DNA of 64,000 bases from Eledone cirrhosa. Lineage: Eukaryota. Made by a program: the position numbers and the translations under genes. Shown piece by piece: positions 54,918 through 64,000 of the stretch. The DNA is taken from contig OZ024743.1 of the NCBI GenBank assembly GCA_964016885.1, positions 292,950,001 through 293,014,000 of the forward strand. The letters run 5' to 3'. Within the stretch, counting starts at the first letter, position 1; each line of letters begins with the position of its first letter. The notes below the pieces were generated by a model, which saw only the letters and a program-made list of their open reading frames with translations, did no database searches and was not told the origin of the DNA.

Positions 54918-56710
54918 CTACCTCTTCGTCTCCTGGGGACCAGGCTGCACAATTTCCATGGGGGTGTTGGAAGGGTTGTTTGGTGGGGTGGTGGTTTGTG
55001 GTGGGGTGAGGACATCAGTGTGTGGTGGGATTAGGGTGTTTGGTGGGGTGTGGGTGTCTGATGTAGGGGTGGGGAAACATCTCAATAGGACGCTGTTATG
55101 TGGCTTGGTGCAGTTGGTCCCCACATGCATTGGATGGTTCTTTTTCAAAGTTACATAGGTTTCCGTTGGGACCCTAATCATCATTAGGTGCGGTTTGTTC
55201 GCTGCGTAGGTGAAAGTGAGGGTTATTTTCTATCGCTTTCATCAACGTTTTATTGTTCTTGTTAATGTATGTATAGAGTTTTTGTTGTGTTGTGTTTGTT
55301 TTTGTTTGTTGTTCTTGCGGGTGTTTGCGTTTTATAGTACGTGTTATGTTTTGGGGAGGGGTGGGTTTTTTATTTGTGATGTTTGTTCTGTTTGTGCTGG
55401 TGGTTGTGTGTTTTTGGCATTTTTGTTAATGTGGTGCCTTTTTTTTTTCTTTTCACCTGTTGAAAGGGTTCTCCCTCGTCGTCACTGGGTGACGTTGATA
55501 CGGAGTCCTCTTCCGTGTTGTTGGGGAGGGGTATATTTTGGGGTTTTGTTGTGGTTGCTTTTGTATTTGTTTTAGGTGGGGAGGGGTTGGGTGGAACAGT
55601 GTTTTGTGTTGTTATTTTTCCGTGTTGTTGTTGTGGTGGTGGTGGTGGTGGTGATGGTGGTGGTGGTGGTGGTGGTGGTGGTGGTGGTGGTTGTGTTGTT
55701 ATGTTCGGGGTTGGCAAAAGAGCCTTTTTTTTTTTTACTCGTTAATTGAGGACAGGCAGCCCTCAGGTGACCCCTGCTTAAGCAGTGGTAACATGACGGC
55801 CGCCTTCCCTCCACTGAAATGTTTATATAAGTTAGCCCGTCCAGAGGCACGCGTTGTGGGATATTCGCTATTCGTTCTGGGCTCATTTGCACCAGAACTT
55901 CTACGGTGGTCCCACCAAATACACCTCCGGAGGACTTTCCTATTGAAATTATCTTGTCTTCGTCAAAGTTTATTATTCCACATAGTATCCACCAGATGTT
56001 TACATTTGGTGTGATACTCATTATTTTTATTCTTTGTGTCCTTTTTCCCCTGTATGTGGGGTAAAAGGTGAAGTGGGGGGGACACAATGGGTGCTATCGA
56101 GTACTTTTGAGCTGTTGACTGGTTGTTCATCAGCACCGAAATGCTACCAAACAGTTTACCTTTTTGTATGAAGGTTAAGTCCTTCATTGCGTCTTTTAGA
56201 ACCAGCTCAAATTCATTTTGTGATAATTGAGCTGGTTTTCTTGTTACGTTCGATATTGTCCTGAAAACCACAGTTTTAAGGACAGCCTCTCTACGTAATT
56301 CCTGTGGAGAATTGATGCTAAAAGCACCGTTTTCGCCAAAAGTCACGAATTGTTTTTCGTCTTGTAATAGTTGTTTAGCATTTGTTATGTCTCTTGGCGT
56401 GTATAGTTCGTTTTTTTTTTACGGTCTGTGCAAATATTGTTTTGGTGTTGTTGTCTTTCGAGTTACTGTCACTGTTGGTAATATTGGTGTTTCTATTGTT
56501 GCAGTTGTTGGTTGTGGTGTTGTTGTCATTGTTCTTGTTGTTGGTGCTGGTATTATTTGTCGGGTTTGGTTTCGCGGTTTCGATATTTTCCACGTTTTTC
56601 GATGATGCGAGGGGGGACGGCTGCAAGCTTTGTACTCCTACCTTCCCTCCACCACTTTTCTTAGTGGGCGTGGCACTCACGACAGTGTGCGAGGTGGAAA
56701 TGGCATCCAT
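54918..56710 (-). pseudogene. Tx1-like ORF1 (gag-like, CCHC), frameshifted
   Basis: MDAISTSHTVVSATPTKK... and SCYHCLSRGHLRAACP. Confidence 0.85.
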
Positions 56711-56914
56711 TGCCACCAAGTCTACAGTTTTTAGATGAAAATTGAAAATTTCGCCCCAGAAAGGGGCGAAAATTTGTTGACTTAACGTCTGACGGCCAAG
56801 GCAAGGGGCTAAACCAAACAATGTTATTAAATTGATCAATAAACTCACAGTTCTTTTTTACAACAATCCGCAAAAATCCGGAGCAAAGTAAATCACGTCT
56901 ATATCAAGTGTTAA

Positions 56915-57650
56915 TTGATATATAGAGGATTTGGGAGAGAGCGTTGTTTGGTTGATGTAGGTGGGAGGAGAATTTGATGGTAATGAATAGAGTGAGAGGA
57001 TTGATAGTGATAGGAATTGATAGATGTGGAGAGGGGAAGAGTTTGGTAGTGATGGAGAGAGAGTAAATGAGAGAGTGTTGTATGGTAGATATAGAGAGAG
57101 GAAATGAGAGAGTGTTGTATGGTATATATAGAGAGAGGGATAGTTTGGTGGTAATTTATATAGAGAGGGGGACTGGGAGAGAGAGTGTCGTGTAGTAGAT
57201 GTAGAGAGGGGTAGATTTTAATTCTTGTAGATATAATGAGGGTGTTGTGAAAGATAAATATTGCTAAATATATAGAGGAGGACTGGTGAGACATTGTCGT
57301 AAAAGGTATAAAGGGTGGTGTTTGTGGTGGATAGAGTGAGAGAACGATCACGAGAGAGTGTGGTGAGAGGGAGAGTTTGGAAATGATTGATATAAAGAAT
57401 GAAATTGGGAAAGTGATTTGTATGGTAGATATAGAGAGGGGGAGAATTTGGTGGTTGTAGGTATAGAGAGGTGGATAATGAGAGAGTGCCGTGTAGTAGA
57501 TATAGAGAGGGGGAGAGTTTAGGGGTGATTGATATAGAGAGGGTGATTTGGCGAGAGAAGTGTAAGGAGGGTGAGTATATCAGTGTTAGATATGTATAGT
57601 AGGATAAGGGAGGTTGTGTCATGGTAAATATAGAGAGTGGGAGACTTTGG
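56915..57650. repeat. Degenerate GA-rich minisatellite
   Basis: Recurrent gatatagagagggggagagtttggtg-like units about every 30-40 bp. Confidence 0.6.
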
Positions 57651-57889
57651 TACAAGACTGATGACCCTGTGAGTGTTCAGGTGAAACTTTAGGTTAACAA
57701 AGCTCACCAATAGCCAAAATAAATGAATGTATATATATAGGAGATGAATAAATTGGCTATAATACCAGTTTATTTTTCTCCCGAAACTACCAAAACACAT
57801 CTATTTGGATATAGGCTACAATTTATGTACACGTTATGTTTATCGCATATCGGTGTTTTCTTTCCATTTTTTTTACCATTTTAGAGTGC

Positions 57890-58690
57890 AAACAGTTAAA
57901 TTAATCACTACAAATAAACACAGACCATAAAAGGAATAAATCATTCAAAAAGAATGGAGTTCCCACAAGTTTATGACATCCCACCCTGAAGGATATCTCT
58001 ATGCAATACAGGAACAAGAAATCCCTACCAAATATCAGCTACACAAAAAGGAGGGCTATCAGTCGACAATAAATGTAGATGTAAGTCACGTTGTTGCCCA
58101 CTGCGAAAGAATGTTGTCTCGCTACGTCCTCCCTATAAGACGCGATGTGATAGCTAGAACCATCTGGAGCACAATTAGAAAAACAAAATTAAAAACAAAT
58201 GAGGAGGAATATGTTGAGATAAACGGCACTAAAGAATACTGAGGGAACCGGAAAATAAAAACTGCCACCAAAGCACAACCGGCCTGATATTGTTGTCTGT
58301 GACCACACAGTGAAAAAGTGCTCTGTTGCCCACTTGGTGTCAAGATTGTAAGAAAAATACAAAAGAAGGTGGAGATCTACGGGCCATTGATGAGAGTTTG
58401 CAGATCCAGTATCCATGATACACCTTCAACTTCATACCCATCATTATTGGAGCTACAGATTATATACCAACCTGCTTAGACCAAAGTATAACTGAACTTG
58501 GATTTGTGGACAAAGAGCGCAGCTCCCTAAATCATAGACTACAAATGGCTGCGATATCTGGCACCTTCAAAATTTGCAAAACATTCTTGCAATTCAAGGG
58601 ATGACAATTTCTTTTCTTTTATAACATTGCCAGCAGGAAGGTGGCCGGTCAAAAATGTACTCGAAATTAAGAGAAAGAGAAATATACATA
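57890..58690 (+). mobile_element. 3' fragment of an RLE-type (R4/Dong-like) non-LTR retrotransposon
   Basis: EGYLYAIQEQEIPTKY...VSHVVAHC...RRDVIARTIW; HNRPDIVV; KKVEIYGPL; FIPIIIGA...KICKTFL. Ends at (TACA)n. Confidence 0.72.
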
Positions 58691-58779
58691 CATACATATA
58701 TAACATACATACATACATACATACATACATACATACATACATACATACATACATACATACATACATACATACATACATA

Positions 58780-58940
58780 ATGGTTTCTTATTCAGGCACA
58801 AGCCCCCTAATTTGGGGAGAAGGGAAAGTCGATTAAATCGACGCCAGTCCGTTACTGGTACTTTATTTTATCGACTCCATAAGGGTGAAAAGCAGAGCTA
58901 ACCTCGGTGGAGTTTGAACTCAGAACGTAAAGGGCCTTAA
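58780..58940 (-). mobile_element. Nin/Deu-domain SINE, 5'-truncated
   Basis: ggcacaag...gtcgattaaatcgac...ctggtactttattttatcgac...tttgaactcag. Confidence 0.78.
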
Positions 58941-59395
58941 TACATACGTCCATACATAATACATCCATAGATATATATATTTTTATACATGAATAAGTTG
59001 AGAGATCGATATGTAGGCAGGTCAATATATAGATAAGTAGCTATGTGGTCATAGGAGGAAAAACACAATCAGAAAAAAATTAAGAAAGAAGAACTGTAAA
59101 AATCAAAATAGATAAATATAGTGCGGACTAAAGAATGAACGAGAGAAAGTAATAAAAGAACGAGCAATGTATAGATTGAAAGAATATACGGGAGGTGGGG
59201 ACGGATACTTAAAGTGGCGATAGAAGGAGTGGCAAATAGAAAGAGAGAAAGAAGAAGTTAAAAAAAGAGCAATGAAAGAAAGACAGAAAAATCAAACAGA
59301 AAGAAAAAGAAAGTTAAGGTGAAGACATATACATATTTACTCACATACATACATATGTACATTCGTGGATATATAAATACATAGATGTACATACG

Positions 59396-59450
<55 letters not shown>

Positions 59451-59619
59451 ACATACAGACAGACAGATAGACAGACAGAAAGACACAGAGACATGCATGC
59501 ATACATATATGTATGCACAGACAGGCGTGCATACTTATATATATATATATACATACAAACGTGCATAAATACATACTTACATACATAAATACATGCATGC
59601 ATACGAATATACATATATG

Positions 59620-59748
59620 CATAGTTAAAAAGAAAGAAAGAATGAAAGAAAGACAGAAGAAATAAATAAAGAAAGAAGAAAGAAGGAAAGGTAGAGATAA
59701 AGAAAGAAAGACAGAAAGAAAGAAAGAAAGGTAGATAAAATAAAGAAA

Positions 59749-59800
<52 letters not shown>

Positions 59801-59810
59801 AGAGAAAAAT

Positions 59811-59879
<69 letters not shown>

Positions 59880-59943
59880 AGAAAGAAAGAAATAAACAAA
59901 GAGAGAAAAAAAGAAAGAAAGAAAGAAAGATAGATAGAAAGGT

Positions 59944-59989
<46 letters not shown>

Positions 59990-60008
59990 GTAGAGAGAAA
60001 TAAAGAAA

Positions 60009-60076
<68 letters not shown>

Positions 60077-60110
60077 AAAGTAGGCAGAAATAAAAAAAAA
60101 AAGAAAGCTA
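59620..60110. repeat. (GAAA)n microsatellite block
   Basis: Direct inspection. Confidence 0.9.
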
Positions 60111-60271
60111 AGCAGGTTTTCTCATAATTTTCAGAGCAGGTAAAGAAAAATTGAGGACAAATCAACAAAGTAATATATATACACTAAACCTGTTTTTAGG
60201 TCATGATGGAATAGGGTAAAGTAATAGTGTTTGTTAAGTGAGGTGGGGCAGGAGGATATATACGTACACAC

Positions 60272-60310
<39 letters not shown>

Positions 60311-60492
60311 TACATACATATATATATATTTGATATATCTCATATGAAATAATACAGCCAATTTTCCACACAATACAATTAGTTAGCACCCCGAATGTTT
60401 AATTAGGAATATACTCATTTATTTCCTAATGTTTGTTGAGTGAGATGGGATTTGGCCGGAGTATCGCTATTAGCTTTCTCCGATAATGTATT

Positions 60493-60592
<100 letters not shown>

Positions 60593-60723
60593 GAGGTTAT
60601 ATTTAATTTGTTGGAATTCAACAAGCTTAAACATTTTTATAACTCATATAAAGCACTCAACAATTTAGTGGAGTAAATACACATTATATTAATAAATGGA
60701 AACTATATTTATAAAACCATATT

Positions 60724-60789
60724 TATTTTATTATACATATTTCAAGGGCAACCAAGGCAAATTATGGTCCGCTTTCATCAGATAAAATA
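60724..60789 (-). ncRNA. Type I hammerhead, AUA cleavage, inside inverted repeat 60680-60836
   Basis: tattttat-CTGATGA-aagcggacca...tggttgccctt-GAAAT-ATGT-ATA-ataaaata. Arms atattaataaatggaaactata / tatagtttccatttattaatat. Confidence 0.8.
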
Positions 60790-60831
60790 CAAATCTGTAT
60801 TTATATATATAGTTTCCATTTATTAATATAT

Positions 60832-60916
<85 letters not shown>

Positions 60917-60924
60917 GTGTGTGT

Positions 60925-61008
<84 letters not shown>

Positions 61009-61732
61009 GGGGGAACATGTGTAATATCTGGGGGTAATAGGAGAAAGAAAACAGGAGGCATGGGGCGTGTCAAATCGAAATATGAAAACATAACCTGTTT
61101 GTAGGCCACGATAAAGAATAGATAATTATGCATATATATATATATTCTCTGTTGAGAACTCTATTCGATTTGTGATGTTTTTGCATTCTTGCAAAAATAT
61201 ACACAACTGAATTTATTCGACTGATATAGGGGCTGACTCCCTTGCCGATCCCCACGTGGAGTCAGCGATAGTCAGTCCTTGTATTAACATTGAACTAAAA
61301 CCTGTTGAGAAAGTGGCTTCCTTGTTCAATCATCTTACCAGAAGCCTGACATTATTTATGTAAGCGGACGGTACTTGATTTAGGAGCCGCAGAAACCCAA
61401 ATACTGGATTTTACCAACCTTCCAGGGGTCCGGGTAAATTTTCAATACCCGAATTACTTGATCGTTTTTTTGGCTATGGGAATGATTGTTTAAACATCGT
61501 TTCAGTGTGTTTGGCCTTTACCGTTTGTTATAGCTCTGGTTCATCTGAATCATTGAGCACTTGCCACATATATCGGAGGTTGTCTTTCGTTATTTCGTGG
61601 GCCGAAATGCGAATCTCGATAATTTATGTTTGTATATATATATATATATATATTTAAATATATATACACGCCAATAAACACGCAGTCACACACACATATA
61701 GGTATATACTCAGACATAAGGATACAAACTTC

Positions 61733-61795
<63 letters not shown>

Positions 61796-62080
61796 CATTG
61801 TTTTGGTTAATCTGGAGGTTATAGTGTTGTTGACAGATATGAGTTTTAATGTGTTTAGGAAAGATATTGATATAGAAAAAAAAAAGGTGTGTATGTTTGT
61901 ATATGTCAAAACCGCAGAGCAGAGACAAATTGTGTGCAAATGTATGCATGTATGTGTTTGTTTCTGCGTTTGCGTGTTCATATACCATGTTTTAAGCACC
62001 TCTTTATGTTTAAGGGACATGCGTCGTACTAAACTGATCATAATTAGTGGCTTCCAACATATATATATATATATATATAT

Positions 62081-62282
62081 ATAGGAAAATGTTTAACCCC
62101 GACGGCAGGGCTCAAGCCGTTTTGATGGCTCTATCTGGTCGGCTGAGTCCAGAAATAGCCGTCGAAACGGCTTGAGCTCTGCCATCGGGTTAAACATTTT
62201 CCTATTACCCACTCTACTATCTAAGTATTGAGTACTATGGTGCGTTATGGTCCATATGGTTCCTTACCACACTGCCTTCGTT
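62081..62282. mobile_element. Family B fold-back insert
   Basis: Short arm ataggaaaatgtttaaccc...caagccgttt, long arm gaaacggcttgagctc...gccttcgtta. (TA)n on both sides. Confidence 0.82.
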
Positions 62283-62886
62283 ATATATATATATATATGT
62301 GAGTATTGAAGTTTGCTTGAAGCATTGTGGAATAATATGGTAAATTTCTTTAAGTCGTTTGGAAGCCTCGACAATGCAGATGGGTAAATCTCCGGATAAC
62401 AAGATCCGGTGGTGGAGAGAGAGATGTAAGTGGGTGTACGTTGAGAAGCGTGGCGTGTATAAGACTGTAACGTGTAGAGGAATGAAGGAATGAACGTAAA
62501 GGATAAAAATAAAAATAACAACACGAGAAAGAGTTATCTTGGAGAGATTTAATTGTCCCTATATATTTCGAATTCACATCCATCAACTGAGGGTTTTTCC
62601 CGGGGGGTGGGAGGTTGTCTGTCGGAAAGGTGCGAAACGTGTCCTCCGCTGTTCGTTGTTTTGAATATCTGAGGTATTCAGCAGAGCGCGCGTGCGCGTG
62701 AAATGGGGTCGGCCAGGCAGAGGTCAGCGGCCGAAGTAGTTCTTTCAATTGTGGGAGTGAGGTGGCGCTAGCTGTCAGTCTATCCTCTGCCTGTTTGGTG
62801 AATGTTACTGTGTGTGTGTGTGTGTGCGTGTGTTGTTGCCTTGTTCCTCTGTATTGGCAGTGTAGTATGTTCGTATGGTGGAATGC

Positions 62887-62928
<42 letters not shown>

Positions 62929-62984
62929 GTTGCTGTCTCGCTTGTGCGTGTGTGTGTGCGTGTGTTGCTACATCGTTTGTTAAC

Positions 62985-63575
62985 TTAAACCAACCACCTC
63001 ATATCGCTTCTCTCGGATCGGTTGTTTAATTGAGGCCCTAGTCGTTTAATCCAAAGTGCTTCCTTGATACGTAACATGCCGACGTTTCTTTCTGTCGCTA
63101 GAATTGTGACAATGGGCCTTCCGTCTATGTTTCCGCATTTGGCTATGTGTTTCCGGAAAGACGAGGCCCTGGTTTTAGTGTGTTCCTTGATCCGGATGTG
63201 CAACGGCCGGATTGTGCTACCTATATAGTATTGGTTGCACTTGTTACATTCTATCTTATACACGACCTATGTGCGTAGGGAACAGTTCGCATGGCGCATC
63301 GGGTAGTCTCTGAGGGAGCACGCGTCAGTTGATTTCCCGGGTGTCCTGGAGAGGCATCTTCGCGGGGAGGAGCCCGAGTGGGCCAGGTAATTGTCGAGGC
63401 GATCCCTCTGTATAACCTTGCGGATAGCGTTGGTGGTATGCTCGCCCAGGTGTGGCATTTTAAGGAAGCACTTGCCTTGGGTGCCTCTCTGTCTCTTGTG
63501 TCTGGTGTGTCCTACTCTGTCTGTGAGCGAGGTAGGATACCCGTTCGTCTCCAGCACCTCGAGGAATCGCTTGGT
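62985..63575 (-). pseudogene. Penelope-like element C-terminus (RT thumb end + GIY-YIG)
   Basis: NGYP...FLKMPHLG; VVYKIECNKCNQYYIGSTIRPLHIRIKEH...LRIKEALWIKRLGPQLN. Confidence 0.88.
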
Positions 63576-64000
63576 ATGAGTGACACCAATATATATATAT
63601 ATATACTACATTGAAAATAAGATCAAATACTGGTAATTATATCCGATTTTTTATTAACACACGTTTCTTCCATCTTGCAGGATATAGAATTACTTACTAG
63701 TTAATTAATCATATAAACCAATTGGCCTTCAGGGTAATTGAATGTAATAATTTCTTCACCTACCTTCATGTGTTTTCGTATTTGAAAACGAATTATTCTA
63801 AATTATATACGTGTATACTAATATAAAGTAACATAAGATATGCAATATGTATAATGAATATGTTACTCAGTGAAAAAGCTCAGTGTATGGTTGCCCAGAG
63901 CATCAATAATTCAAATTCAAAAAATATATGTATTCGGTCATATATCGTTAGAGAAACATATAGCATTCTGTACATGTACACATACGTTTTAAGATAGAAA

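Larger units (their letters stand above)
51253..56910 (-). mobile_element. Tx1/L1-clade non-LTR retrotransposon, near full length, degenerate (copy 2)
   Basis: 5' UTR, ORF1, ORF2 and 3' UTR with AATAAA, collinear with copy 1. Confidence 0.93.

Noticed and set aside
62585-62646. CTGAGGG...GAAACGTGTC hammerhead-like motif
   Set aside because: Core mismatch, helix I does not pair, and it is antisense to the adjacent PLE ORF.
63650-63736. Minus-strand CTGAAGG...GAAACGTGTGTT motif
   Set aside because: Too degenerate; helices I and II unsupported.

Overview
Eukaryotic, AT-rich, microsatellite-saturated, apparently intergenic or intronic DNA. The SINE types and repeat density suggest an octopus/cephalopod genome (inference). 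No host protein-coding gene could be supported; most ORFs in the track are translations of (TA)n/(CA)n/(GA)n repeats. Recognisable content: (1) two near full-length, frameshifted Tx1/L1-clade non-LTR retrotransposons on the minus strand (~9650-15103, ~51253-56910), a truncated copy (37775-38570) and a 26-bp 3' stub, mostly in (TAGA)n; (2) five Penelope-like element (PLE) coding fragments (RT and/or GIY-YIG); (3) RTE-clade and R4/Dong-like LINE fragments; (4) many tRNA-derived SINEs, several MITEs and a probable Helitron. The most striking signal is about 25 type I hammerhead ribozyme (HHR) motifs from at least 10 unrelated sequence families, read by eye on both strands. Many lie in short non-coding fold-back inserts with one long arm and one short arm, embedded in (TA)n tracts. 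They look like non-autonomous PLE pseudo-LTR / retrozyme-like elements. Coordinates were counted by hand and may be off by a few bases.
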